Notes under the pieces: model-generated | Seen by the model: the letters and a program-made list of their open reading frames with translations, nothing else | What the model was told of the DNA's origin: nothing | The model's database searches: none | Made by a program: the position numbers and the translations under genes | Origin: Phycisphaerales bacterium | GTDB taxonomy: Bacteria; Planctomycetota; Phycisphaerae; Phycisphaerales; UBA1924 | Direction: 5' to 3' | DNA length: 64,000 nucleotides | Assembly (NCBI GenBank): GCA_020847535.1 | Contig: JADLBU010000003.1 | Span: 29,998-93,997 of the forward strand | Shown: positions 22,933-32,388 of the stretch, in pieces | Numbering within the stretch: position 1 is the stretch's first letter | Layout of the letters: every line of letters begins with the position of its first letter

Positions 22933-23715
22933 ATGATGGCGAGCTTTCGACGAACGGGCGGGATGAGGCGCGAGGGCTTTACGCTGATCGAGCTGCTGGT
23001 GGTGATCGCGATCATCGCGATCCTGCTGGCGATGATGCTGCCGGCGTTGAGCAAGTCGAAGATGGCGAGCCAGATGACGGTATGCACGGCGAACCAGAGC
23101 CAGCTCAACAAGGCCAACATCCAGTACATGAACGACAACAAGGATGTGGTCGCTGATCCCGGCTGGCTGTCGAAGATGAAGCCCGTGAACAAGAAGTACG
23201 CGAGCTGGCTGTATAAGGGGAACGCGGCGGGAGGTCCGGATCAGGTGATCAAGGACAAACTGGGCGCTTCGACGGGGACATTCTGGCCGTATCTCTCGGG
23301 AGAGCCCGGGCAGGCGAACGGCGCGATTCAGAAGGTGTACCGCTGCCCCTCGCACAAGGCACCGTTCAAGGGTCCATACACGACCGACAACCTCACCAGC
23401 TACCTGATGAACGGCGGGGTGATCGGGTACGGATACCAGGGTCCCAACGGCAAGATGTACTTCTCATCGTTCCGCGCGGATCGCTTCCGGCCGGATGTGA
23501 TCCTGCTGTGGGAGGCGTGGACGAAGTCGAGTTTCAACGACAGTTCCAGCTATCCGCACGAGGATCGGCTGACGGACCGGCACGGGCCGGGGGCGACGGT
23601 GGCGCTGCTGGATGGCAGTTGCCGGTGGATGTCGCGCGTCCTGTACGATGAGGAGCTTGCCAAGGAGCCGGGCCGGCTGTGGTGCAGTCCCGTGAGGAAG
23701 AACGGCGGGGATTAG
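22933..23715 (+). CDS. Prepilin-type N-terminal cleavage/methylation protein with H-X9-DG C-terminus (pseudopilin-like)
   Basis: MRREGFTLIELLVVIAIIAILLAMMLPAL (true start may be ATG 22963). C-terminal DRHGPGATVALLDGSCRW is an H-X9-DG motif. Confidence 0.85.
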   Translation: MMASFRRTGGMRREGFTLIELLVVIAIIAILLAMMLPALSKSKMASQMTVCTANQSQLNKANIQYMNDNKDVVADPGWLSKMKPVNKKYASWLYKGNAAGGPDQVIKDKLGASTGTFWPYLSGEPGQANGAIQKVYRCPSHKAPFKGPYTTDNLTSYLMNGGVIGYGYQGPNGKMYFSSFRADRFRPDVILLWEAWTKSSFNDSSSYPHEDRLTDRHGPGATVALLDGSCRWMSRVLYDEELAKEPGRLWCSPVRKNGGD

Positions 23716-23816
23716 GCGCTAAGCGCGCGAGAGGGCATCGCGTGGGCGGGCCGGCCGGTGCGCAGTGCGACTGGCCGCGATGAGGCGCTCGGGGTGGCCT
23801 TGATTGTGTTCACGGC

Positions 23817-24116
23817 TTACATCACTTCATCGATCATGCGATCGAGGGCGATGTCGAGCTTGCCATCGATGTCGTAGGTGCCATCGGCGAGCTGTCGCTG
23901 GATGCGATCGACCAGGCCGGCGCGGATGCCGGCGGGGCGATCGACGGGATCCGGGTTTCTGCTGAGCAGCGTGGCCATGTCCGAGACCTCCAGTGTGTCA
24001 TCCGCTCTTCGGACGGGTGATGCCGGTGCGGGCGGGCGGGACTCAGAGTGCTGGCGCACCGAGACCGTGACGGATCCTCGACCCGGGATCGCCGCATTCG
24101 TGGCCGAAACGTTCAT
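23817..24116 (-). CDS. flgM: Anti-sigma-28 factor FlgM
   Basis: ORF 23817..24209 trimmed to ATG 24116 (GGAGG about 10 nt upstream). C-terminal IRAGLVDRIQRQLADGTYDIDGKLDIALDRMIDEV matches the FlgM sigma-28-binding helices. Confidence 0.65.
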   Translation of the reverse strand: MNVSATNAAIPGRGSVTVSVRQHSESRPPAPASPVRRADDTLEVSDMATLLSRNPDPVDRPAGIRAGLVDRIQRQLADGTYDIDGKLDIALDRMIDEVM

Positions 24117-24405
24117 CAATTTTCCAACCTCCGCGCGCGAACACCCCGCTCGAATCCGGACGCGGCCCACTTTCCCTTCCGGCCCGATCAATCGCCGGGA
24201 GGGACCCATTTACCGCCGTGTCCGAACGTCAAGCTGGCGAGGGTTCGCTCGCGATGGTTGTATCGGAGACGCGTGAGGGTGGGCATCAAAGAAGCCGGAT
24301 CTTTTGAGGTTTTTCTAAACTATTGGAGGAAAAGCACTTGCGGTGTGTAACCGCCTGTAACGGCCGGCAAGTCGAGCCAACTGCTTGGGAATATGCTCCT
24401 TGTGG

Positions 24406-25347
24406 ATGAATCGCCAAAAAGCGGACGTTGAGACCGGACGAGCAAAGCCCGCCGGGGGGGCGGTGTTGTGGCTTTGGTTGATCGCCGCGGGCGTGGCCGG
24501 GGGGTGTGCTGGGGATGGCGAAGGTGATCCCAAGCCGGTGGGGATGACGGATGTTTTCGGACGGCGGGTCGTGGATGGGAAGGTGGTTGAAGGTGGGGCT
24601 GGGGGTGGAGGGGGTGAAGAGCAGGCAAGCGGATGGGCGATCTGCCTTGGGGCGTTCAGCCCGGACCAGGATGAGGATGAGGGTGGGGGCGGAAGGTATG
24701 AGGCGGCAGCGCACACGGCGATGTTCCGGGCGCAGGCGATCGCCGGGCTGAACGGGGCGTACCTGGAGAAGCGCGGCAACGGGTTGGTGCTGCTGTACGG
24801 GAGTTACGAATCGGGGACGGCGGGGGAAGCGCAGCGCGATCTGGCGTACGTGCGATCGCTCGAGGTGAACGGGATGCATCCGTACGAGGGTGCGTTCCTT
24901 TCGCCGCCGGGATCGACATCGGGGACGATGCCTGATTACGACCTGGGGACGGTGAAGGCACGGCGCGGGACGCGCAAGCCGCTGTACACGCTTCAGATCG
25001 CCGTGTACGGCAGGCCCGACGATGTCGATGCATCGAAGGAAGATCTGGCGCAGTTCCGGGAACTGGCAGAGAAGGCGGTGGTGGAGCTTCGGCGCGAGGG
25101 AGAGCAGGCGTACTACTACCACGGGCCCAATCGCAGCAGCGTGACGATCGGCGTGTTCACGGAGGATGATGCAGGGTTCGGCCAGCGCGTGCGGATGGAG
25201 GGGGCTGCGCTGACGATCGCACGGCAGAAATTCCCCACCAACCTGCTGAACGGCGAGGCGGTGCGGGAGCGGATCCGGGGACGCGGCGGGGATGCAGCGA
25301 GCGATTACAAGGTGCAGGCATCGCGGTTGGTAGAGGTGCCGGAGTAG
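24406..25347 (+). CDS. Probable lipoprotein with two SPOR-like repeats
   Basis: MNRQKADVETGRAKPAGGAVLWLWLIAAGVAGGCAGD (signal peptide plus Cys). Two segments, WAICLGAFS..AEAQRDLAYVRS and YTLQIAVYG..AEKAVVELRREG..SVTIGVF, resemble SPOR beta-alpha-beta repeats. Confidence 0.5.
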   Translation: MNRQKADVETGRAKPAGGAVLWLWLIAAGVAGGCAGDGEGDPKPVGMTDVFGRRVVDGKVVEGGAGGGGGEEQASGWAICLGAFSPDQDEDEGGGGRYEAAAHTAMFRAQAIAGLNGAYLEKRGNGLVLLYGSYESGTAGEAQRDLAYVRSLEVNGMHPYEGAFLSPPGSTSGTMPDYDLGTVKARRGTRKPLYTLQIAVYGRPDDVDASKEDLAQFRELAEKAVVELRREGEQAYYYHGPNRSSVTIGVFTEDDAGFGQRVRMEGAALTIARQKFPTNLLNGEAVRERIRGRGGDAASDYKVQASRLVEVPE

Positions 25348-25354
25348 GGGAGGC

Positions 25355-25393
25355 GGGACGCGGAGATGGGGAGACGCGGGGATGGAGAGGCGG
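25355..25393. repeat. GGACGCGGAGA-type word repeat after the lipoprotein stop
   Basis: gggacgcggagatggggagacgcggggatggagaggcgg, 8 nt after the TAG at 25345-47. Confidence 0.7.
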
Positions 25394-25445
25394 TGAATAT
25401 CGTGTGCATGCGTTGATGGGAATGGCTGAAGCCTTGATTCGGGGA

Positions 25446-25554
25446 AGTCCGTTGAAACGGACTGAGATTGCAAGCGAGCCGTGCTGTGTGTGGTTGCTTG
25501 TCATTCACGGCTGAAGCCGTGGCCTATGAGCGGGCAAGGCCGTTGGAACGGCCT
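25446..25554. repeat. Cluster of three tetraloop hairpins at the lipoprotein / comEC convergent junction
   Basis: AGTCCGT-TGAA-ACGGACT (25446-63), CACGGC-TGAA-GCCGTG (25506-21), AGGCCGT-TGGA-ACGGCCT (25537-54). Confidence 0.85.
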
Positions 25555-25614
25555 GAAATACAGCCACATTCGATAATGACGCTCTCTGTGTGGCGCTGCC
25601 TGTGCATCATTTGA

Positions 25615-28158
25615 TCAACGATGAGATGTGATCGAGAGCTGACCGTCGGTGGTCCAGCGGAGTCGGATGTGGCCGTGCGTGCTGGTATGCAGGATTGTGG
25701 GATCTTCGGGTTCGGCGGAGTATGGGGGATGTTGGTTGCTGCAGATGTAGAAGCGGGCGTGGGTTTCGCGGAGGAGCTGCGCAAGGCCGTTTTCGGTGGC
25801 GGCGTTGGCGGCGGCGAGCACGGTATCGGTGGTGATTGGGGTTGCGGGGGCATCGTGCGTGATGAGCAGGTGCGTGGATGCATCGGCGATGTTGATGATG
25901 CGGGCTCGCAGATCCTCAGCGCCTTGATCGAACTCGATCGCGAGCGTGTCTGAGATCGGCAGGCGATCCCCGGGGTCGATGGGTGTGATCGCGATACCGC
26001 GGGCTTCGAGTGCGCGGAGGAAGGCGGCGTGGATCCCGCCGGGATCGAGCTTGGCTTCATCGAGGAGCGATTGAGGCATGAAGGTCTGTTGCAGATCGAC
26101 CGCGCGGGCGATGTCGGGGAGGGATGAGAAGCAGCGCGGTGATTTGCCCAGGATGATCGCCGTCGGGATTCGCCAGCAGCCGAGATTGCGGATGGTCTCG
26201 GGGATGAGACGCAGACCCAGGCCGGGCTGGGTCGAGCCGGCATCGATGAGGATCGCGGTGGTTCGGTCGTCTGTCCGGGCGCGGATGAGCGTGCTGTCGC
26301 CATCGCCGACGGCGAGCGCATCGGCGGTGAGCGTTGTGCGGGGTGGGAGACCTTGTGAGTGCCAGGATGTCGTGGCTGAGATCGCGAGCCAGATGATGAC
26401 GGCGGCGGTCGCGAGCCAGGCACGCACATCGCGGAGATGGCCGCGTGTGAACCAGTAAATGAGCGTGAGTGTTGCGGCGAGCATCCAGGGGAGGCCCAGC
26501 GGCGGGATGCGGAGGCTCGAGAGGGGGAGCTGATCGAAGAAGTCGGCGAGCCTGAGGATGATCGCGGCGAATTGCTCGAGAAAACCGGCGAACGATTGGG
26601 AGATCGGGGCGGAGAGTTCGGGGGCGAGCAGTGAGGCGAGTGTTCCCAGGAGCATCGCGGCCAGCCCAGCACCGAGGAGGATGGAGCATGCGGGGACGAG
26701 GATGAGCGACGCGGGGAGCGTGATGGGAGAGGCGATCCCGGTCCACCAGGCGATCAGCGGAAGCGAAATTGACCAGCAGAGGAGCGTGGCGGTTGAGAAG
26801 CGCGAGAGGTAGTCGAATGTTGAGGTGATGATGGTTCGGCGTCTGGGGATGAGGCCGCGGAGGCGCGGGCGGGTGAGCCGACGATGCGTGCGCTCGGCGA
26901 GCATGAGGAGGGCGATGCAGAGTCCGAAGCTGAGGATGTATCCGAGGGAGAAGGCATCGACGGGTTTCCAGAGTGCAAGCAGGCTCGCGGTCCACAGGAG
27001 CGTGCAGATGGGGTCGTAACGTCGGCCGAGTGCGCGGGTCGCCAGGAGTGCGAGCACGCAGACGACCGCGCGGAGGACGGGGGCCGAGCTTGGCACGATG
27101 ATCGCATAGGCGAGGATGACCAGCGTGATCGCGAGCGATTCGAAGCGGCCGGGATCTGTGGCGAGGCGCAGGAGGCCGCCGGTGAGCATCGTGAGGATGA
27201 CGATGTGGTAGCCGGAGATCGCGAGGATGTGGATAATGCCGAGGCGCGTGAAGCGCTGCTGGATCTGGTCTTCGCGCTGGTCATCGAGGCCCAGGACCAG
27301 GGAGCGGAGGAGTGCGCGGGCTTCCTGGCGGCGCAGCGAGGCGGGATCGGCGGGGTTGAGCCAGTCGTTGGGGTTTGAAATCAGCGTTTGCTGGGCGGTG
27401 TGGATGAGTGTGGCGCGTGCGGCGAGCAGTTGGCGATGGATGCGCGATGGGAGCGATTGCTCGCCGGGGGGTGTGAGCGCGATGAGCGCGGGGTTGTCGG
27501 CGAGCAGGGTGCCCGCGTGGCCTTCCTGTGCGGCCCATTGGCGAGCATCGAACTGGCCGGGGTTGGCGGCGGTGGGGATGGGCGCAGCCAGGCCCGTGAT
27601 GGTCACGAGATCGCCTGCGCCCGGTGCATCGCGGGATGATCCGATGGTTCCGCGATCGATTCCATCGATGCCGCTGATGCGGGCGCGGAGGATGCCGGAG
27701 ACGGGGATCCAGCCATCATCGGTGAGGATCTGGTGGATGGCGAGCCGGAAACGTGCGGCGGGTGTGTAGGGGATGAAGGGGGCGAGCTCTCCGCGGGTGG
27801 TGTTGGAGACATCGGGGCGATCGAGGATTCGGCCCTGGACGGTGAGGATGGTGGTCTGGTACGCGCGTGATTGGAGGAGGCTGGCGAGCGAGTGGGCGGG
27901 GGTGGAGATGCGGATGGTCCACCAGGCTGCGCCGACTGAGAAGACGGCCAGTGAGAGGGCGACTGTGCGGATGAGTCGATGGTTGAAGGGGATCGCCAGC
28001 AGCGCAGCGAGCGCGGCAAGCGCGAAGAGGTGTGTGGGGCTGAATGTGTTAGAAGGAAACCGCCGGATCAGGAGCATTCCGCCGAGCAGGAGGAAAAGGG
28101 CAGAGGCAGCGCGCTTGCGTGCGGCGTAGATGCCGGCGCGTTGGTCGTTCTCCCCCAT
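25615..28158 (-). CDS. comEC: ComEC/Rec2 DNA internalisation channel (DUF4131 + competence + metallo-beta-lactamase domains)
   Basis: 847 aa. FTRLGIIHILAISGYHIVIL core motif, many TM helices, C-terminal MBL-like part ILIDAGS.. Confidence 0.9.
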   Translation of the reverse strand: MGENDQRAGIYAARKRAASALFLLLGGMLLIRRFPSNTFSPTHLFALAALAALLAIPFNHRLIRTVALSLAVFSVGAAWWTIRISTPAHSLASLLQSRAYQTTILTVQGRILDRPDVSNTTRGELAPFIPYTPAARFRLAIHQILTDDGWIPVSGILRARISGIDGIDRGTIGSSRDAPGAGDLVTITGLAAPIPTAANPGQFDARQWAAQEGHAGTLLADNPALIALTPPGEQSLPSRIHRQLLAARATLIHTAQQTLISNPNDWLNPADPASLRRQEARALLRSLVLGLDDQREDQIQQRFTRLGIIHILAISGYHIVILTMLTGGLLRLATDPGRFESLAITLVILAYAIIVPSSAPVLRAVVCVLALLATRALGRRYDPICTLLWTASLLALWKPVDAFSLGYILSFGLCIALLMLAERTHRRLTRPRLRGLIPRRRTIITSTFDYLSRFSTATLLCWSISLPLIAWWTGIASPITLPASLILVPACSILLGAGLAAMLLGTLASLLAPELSAPISQSFAGFLEQFAAIILRLADFFDQLPLSSLRIPPLGLPWMLAATLTLIYWFTRGHLRDVRAWLATAAVIIWLAISATTSWHSQGLPPRTTLTADALAVGDGDSTLIRARTDDRTTAILIDAGSTQPGLGLRLIPETIRNLGCWRIPTAIILGKSPRCFSSLPDIARAVDLQQTFMPQSLLDEAKLDPGGIHAAFLRALEARGIAITPIDPGDRLPISDTLAIEFDQGAEDLRARIINIADASTHLLITHDAPATPITTDTVLAAANAATENGLAQLLRETHARFYICSNQHPPYSAEPEDPTILHTSTHGHIRLRWTTDGQLSITSHR

Positions 28159-28239
28159 GGTTCGAGCTTACGAGAAAAAGAAAGTGCCGTGCGTGGAGCA
28201 CGGCTCTTCGATGGCTGCATTGTCTTGAACCTAGAGCGC

Positions 28240-29409
28240 TTACGAGCCGCCGGAGACGATCTGGTCATCGAAGGCCTTGGCGACATCGAGGGTGGTGGGC
28301 TTGCCGGCATCGTCGAGCCGGAGTTTGTTGGGGCTGCCTGGATCGACGAAGTTGTAGCCATAGTCCATGGCGTTGTTGAGGAACTGGGCGCGCCCGCGAC
28401 CATCGCCCTTGTTGAGGTAGATGCCATCAGCGCCGGCAGACATGATGGTGATCTTGCCGCGTGAGGCGGTGGGGATGATCTGGTTGGCGGGAGTGGCGGC
28501 GGTGGGCGAGCCGAGGTCGGATGGGCCAGCGAGGCTGCCGAGAAGGCCCATGAGCGTGCGGGCGCGTTCTTCGGCCGAAGCGCCACCGGAGCCGAGCAGG
28601 CTTTCGGCCTTGGCATCGGTGTTGAGCTTGCCGAGGCTGTTTGCCTCAAGGAAGCAGGCGTTGGCGTTCCAGTAGTGGCGTGCGGGGGGATCGTTGCCTG
28701 TGGAGGTGATGCGTGCGAAGTTGTTGGGCCCGCTGTTGCTGCTGTCGAACTTGATCCTGCCGACGACGGTCTCATCTTCGACCCAGATGACCAAGGGCTG
28801 GCCGAAGGCATCGACCAGATCGGGGAAGGTGGGCTTGCCGTTGTCGCTGTCACCGGAAGAGCCGGCCTGCTTGGTGGTGGTGGCCGAGGCGTTCACCTGC
28901 TGGATGAAGTACTTGGGATCGGGGGTGAAGTAGCCCTTGCCGTTGCGGGTCGACTGGCCGATGAGGCCGGTGTCGATCCAGCAGGCTTCCTGGGAGATGC
29001 GGCTGGAGGATGAGCCGCCGAAGGGGTGGACGGCGATAGCGCCGGTTCCGGGGTCAGCGCCTCCAACCTGGGCGATCCCGCTGCCGAGGTCGACCATGAC
29101 ATTCTCGGCCATGGACATGCCGCGGGTATTGCCGTTGTCATCGTTGCCCATGTCCCGGACCGAGTAGCGGCCGGGGAGTCGGCGTTCATCGTTCTGGAAG
29201 GAGAGCGATGAGTTGAGGATGTTGGACATGAAGGCTTCGGTGGCGGCGATCTTGGTGGTCTTGCGGACCTTGGCGAGCGCGGGGACCACGATGGAGATGA
29301 CCAGCACGATGATGAACATGACGACCAGCAGCTCGATGAGGCTGAAGGCGGGGCGCTGGTTGGCGTGGGCGTTACGGGGGCGGGACTGCAAGGAAGAGGG
29401 CTGGCTCAT
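28240..29409 (-). CDS. Prepilin-type N-terminal cleavage/methylation protein (pseudopilin-like)
   Basis: 389 aa. QRPAFSLIELLVVMFIIVLVISIVVPAL N-terminus followed by a large globular domain. Confidence 0.8.
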   Translation of the reverse strand: MSQPSSLQSRPRNAHANQRPAFSLIELLVVMFIIVLVISIVVPALAKVRKTTKIAATEAFMSNILNSSLSFQNDERRLPGRYSVRDMGNDDNGNTRGMSMAENVMVDLGSGIAQVGGADPGTGAIAVHPFGGSSSSRISQEACWIDTGLIGQSTRNGKGYFTPDPKYFIQQVNASATTTKQAGSSGDSDNGKPTFPDLVDAFGQPLVIWVEDETVVGRIKFDSSNSGPNNFARITSTGNDPPARHYWNANACFLEANSLGKLNTDAKAESLLGSGGASAEERARTLMGLLGSLAGPSDLGSPTAATPANQIIPTASRGKITIMSAGADGIYLNKGDGRGRAQFLNNAMDYGYNFVDPGSPNKLRLDDAGKPTTLDVAKAFDDQIVSGGS

Positions 29410-29807
29410 GACATACTCCTATGTGCGCTCCGTCATTGGCGATGGCCATCAGCATCTCAGCGCCAGCAGCATGCCGGATGCGACCTATTGTTCGGTTTTT
29501 GGACGGCCAGCGGTCTATGGGCGTCCGTTGGGTGCTGGACGTGACTGGGCGCACGCTGTCGCACGCGTCCCCCGTGCGACCGCCCATCAGATGTTCGATA
29601 CACGGCCGGGGTGCGGTTCCTGCGAGTCACCGGGAACAGCGCTCGTGGCGGGGTTCTCGGGAGGACCCGTGGGGTTCACGCCCGGTGCGCGAAGGGTCGC
29701 AAGACCCTGCACGTATCATACCAGAACGAACCAGCCCTGGTTCTTTCCGGTGGGGAATCCGGTCGATAGAGCGAGGGCGGAACGGGTGGGGATGGCCCTG
29801 ATTTGGT

Positions 29808-31049
29808 ATGTTGCCAGTCGGGGGGCCCGCCAAGGCGGCCCGGTTTGGGAAGGGAGTGCTTGAGAGCCTGCGTGACATGAAGACCGCCAGACCCATTCTT
29901 ACGCGGATGTCGGCCCGGCAGCGGGATGAGCATCTCAAGGCCGCCGCCAAGTCGTTGCGCGATGGGCACTTGGTGGTGTTGCCGACCGAGACGGTGTACG
30001 GGGTGGCGGCGAGCGCTGCATCGACGGCGGCCCTGGATGCGATGGAGGCGTTGATCGAGGCGGGTGAGCAGCAGACGGGCCTTCCGACGCCGGCGTTGAC
30101 GGGTCACACGCTGCACGCGGCGGATACGGATGACCTGGAGGCCCGGCTGGCGATCTCGCACCCGATTCACAGGCGGCTTTTTGCGCGGCTGGCGCCGGGT
30201 CCGGTGCGGTTTGCGATCGAGAAGTCGGCCGAGGACATCGCGCGGATAGTTTCAGGCCTGGGAGCCCTTCCGGGCGTCGTGGACGATGGTCGGACGCTGT
30301 ACGTGCGTGTTCCAAACCACTCGGCGACCCAAGAAGTGCTCAAGTCCGTCGGCGTGCCGATTGTGCTGCGGCGGCTGTCGCTGTTCGGGTGGGGATCCGG
30401 CAAAGATATCGGGCTGCTCTCGGAGGAGGGTGTTGCCGAGCGAGCGGGGATTTCGATGGTGGTTGATGACGGAGCGACGGCGACCGGGAAGCACTCGACG
30501 ACCGTTTATCTCAAGCCCGCGGGCGGGTTCTCGGTGGATCCGGGGGGGATGTTGACGGAGGCTGAAATCACACGGCAGGTGGAGCGAAACGTGCTGTTTG
30601 TATGCACGGGCAACACCTGCCGGAGCCCGATGGCTGAAGGGATAGCGCAGTCGGTGCTCGCGGAAGTTCCAGCGCTGGCGGTGACGACGCGGGTGCATTC
30701 GGCGGGCATTTCGGCGGGCGCTTCACAGGCCGCCACTCCCGAGGCGGTGCAGGCGCTCTCCGAGGCGGGTGTGCGCGGCTCGGCGGGGCAGGGCCCGCTG
30801 GCGGGCTTCCGATCCCGGCAACTGACGAGGACGATGGTGGAACAGGCGGATGTGATCTACGCGATGACGCGGGGTCACGCTCAGACTGTGATCGCCAAGT
30901 ATCCGTTCGCTGCGGATCGCGTGGTGCTCCTGGATCCGGCGGGGATGGATGTGCTGGATCCGATCGGCGGATCGATGGATCTGTACCGTCAGACGGCCAG
31001 GCGGCTGGGTGAGTTGATTCGTCGCCGCCTGGCGGAATTGGACCGCTAG
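29808..31049 (+). CDS. Fusion protein: L-threonylcarbamoyladenylate synthase (TsaC/YwlC, YrdC domain) + low-molecular-weight protein phosphatase (YwlE-like)
   Basis: N-terminal part DGHLVVLPTETVYGVAA (YrdC signature). From about nt 30588, NVLFVCTGNTCRSPMAEG (C-X5-R(S/T) P-loop) and ..DPIG. The start may be ATG 29877. Confidence 0.85.
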   Translation: MLPVGGPAKAARFGKGVLESLRDMKTARPILTRMSARQRDEHLKAAAKSLRDGHLVVLPTETVYGVAASAASTAALDAMEALIEAGEQQTGLPTPALTGHTLHAADTDDLEARLAISHPIHRRLFARLAPGPVRFAIEKSAEDIARIVSGLGALPGVVDDGRTLYVRVPNHSATQEVLKSVGVPIVLRRLSLFGWGSGKDIGLLSEEGVAERAGISMVVDDGATATGKHSTTVYLKPAGGFSVDPGGMLTEAEITRQVERNVLFVCTGNTCRSPMAEGIAQSVLAEVPALAVTTRVHSAGISAGASQAATPEAVQALSEAGVRGSAGQGPLAGFRSRQLTRTMVEQADVIYAMTRGHAQTVIAKYPFAADRVVLLDPAGMDVLDPIGGSMDLYRQTARRLGELIRRRLAELDR

Positions 31050-31144
31050 GGTCATCCCAGGCGCTCTTCCAAAAGCGGGTGCGGGATTGCTAGAGTTGAC
31101 CGATGGCACACCGGGCAGGCCGGTGCGCTGCGGAGGCCTTGAGC

Positions 31145-31609
31145 ATGCGGATTGCCTTGGGAGCGGATCATCGCGGCTCGTCATCCATCCGCCAGGTGGC
31201 GGACATGCTGGCTCGTGATGGACACCAGGTCGAGATCCTGGGGGACCAGAGCGGGCAGCCGTGCGACTATCCGGAGCCGGCGTTCGCGGTGGGCAAGGCG
31301 ATCTCGGAGAAGCGTGCGGACCTGGGTGTCCTGCTGTGCGGCACGGGCATCGGGATGAGCATCGCTGCGAATAAGGTCAAGGGTGTTCGCGCGGCGGTGG
31401 CGCATGACGAGCTGACTGCCCAGCTTTCGCGCAGCCATAACGACTCGAACGTGCTGTGCCTGTCGGCGGACCTGCTCGGCCAGCGGCTGATCGAGAAGAT
31501 TGTCTCGACGTGGCTGGGGACGGAATTCAGCGGTGGGCGGCACGCCCGGCGGATTCATAAGATCATGGCGATCGAGCAGGGGAAGGATCCGGCGAGCGTT
31601 CAGGAATGA
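31145..31609 (+). CDS. rpiB: Ribose-5-phosphate isomerase B
   Basis: ORF 31103..31609 trimmed to MRIALGADHRGSS..LLCGTGIGMSIAANKVKGVRAA..HNDSNVLCL..GGRHARRI; canonical RpiB/LacAB blocks. Confidence 0.9.
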   Translation: MRIALGADHRGSSSIRQVADMLARDGHQVEILGDQSGQPCDYPEPAFAVGKAISEKRADLGVLLCGTGIGMSIAANKVKGVRAAVAHDELTAQLSRSHNDSNVLCLSADLLGQRLIEKIVSTWLGTEFSGGRHARRIHKIMAIEQGKDPASVQE

Positions 31610-31656
31610 GCAACCGGCCTGGTGTCGGGAACAATTGGCGGGATGCGGGCGTTATC

Positions 31657-31685
31657 TTGACTTTGGGTGGGGGGTATCGCACAAT
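31657..31685 (+). promoter_or_regulatory. Candidate sigma-70-type promoter for the rho leader
   Basis: TTGACT (31657-31662), 17-nt spacer, CACAAT (31680-31685). Lies in the gap after rpiB, about 700 nt upstream of the rho start. Confidence 0.3.
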
Positions 31686-32388
31686 GTGTCGATGAAGCCG
31701 TGAGCGGCGTTCTGCCCGGAGCTGGATTTCGAAGCTCCGCCGCCCTGAGAGAGGGGCTTCTTCCTGACAAGATCTCGCGGGTGGGTCTGCGAAAGACCTC
31801 TTTGCCGTCCGGAGCTTGTCACGAGTGGGCGTCGTGAGCGGGGGACTGTCTTGATCGGGCGCGTGCGATGGGCGCCGTTGGGTATTGCCGCGAGCGTGGT
31901 GTGGTGCGCCGAGGGCGCTTTTCCCAATCACCTGTGGCGAAGGCCCACGACAAAGATCGATTCCGGGCCGGGTTGTGACCGGCCGTGTGTTTGGAAGGGG
32001 TTGGCAGGAAGGAATCGGGTTGAGTGCTTCCCGCGATCGCGGGGCTCACATCATGCGGGGATCTGATCGCGGCGTGGGCTTGTGCCCGGCTGAGATGGCA
32101 AGTCGGCAGCGCCCGGATGAGGGAGGCTGTCGTGGATCCCGAGAGGTTTTGGCGGTGAAAGCGGGTTGACCGGGCGCTTGCAGCGCTGCCGGCCTCATGC
32201 TCATCACGGGCCGCATGTTCGGATTGATCGCGCCCGTTCCACGTAAGGAACCGGTGACGCTTGGCCGCGATGGATCCCTTTCGACGGGATCCCGCTCGCG
32301 GGGACTGATTGCGCTTGGGAGCTTGTCCAGCCGCGGCGGGTGAACCGTCCGCGCGAGCGCTGTCTCAAATGCGGAGGCATGGCTGAAA

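Noticed and set aside
22845-23192. 115-aa minus-strand ORF with hydrophobic stretches overlapping the pseudopilin start
   Set aside because: It is antisense to the clearly recognisable prepilin N-terminus. The apparent TM helices are the complement of the pilin hydrophobic helix.
24184-24212. Minus-strand TAAA...GCGATTGA upstream of flgM as a sigma-28 promoter
   Set aside because: The spacer between TAAA and the CGAT core is about 3 nt shorter than in the TAAA-N15-GCCGATAA consensus, and the -10 is imperfect.
31741-31756. CUGAGA motif in the rho leader, reminiscent of a TPP riboswitch
   Set aside because: The other invariant THI-box segments (ACCUGAUCUGGAUAAUGCCAGCG, pyrophosphate helix) are absent, and there is no thiamine gene context.
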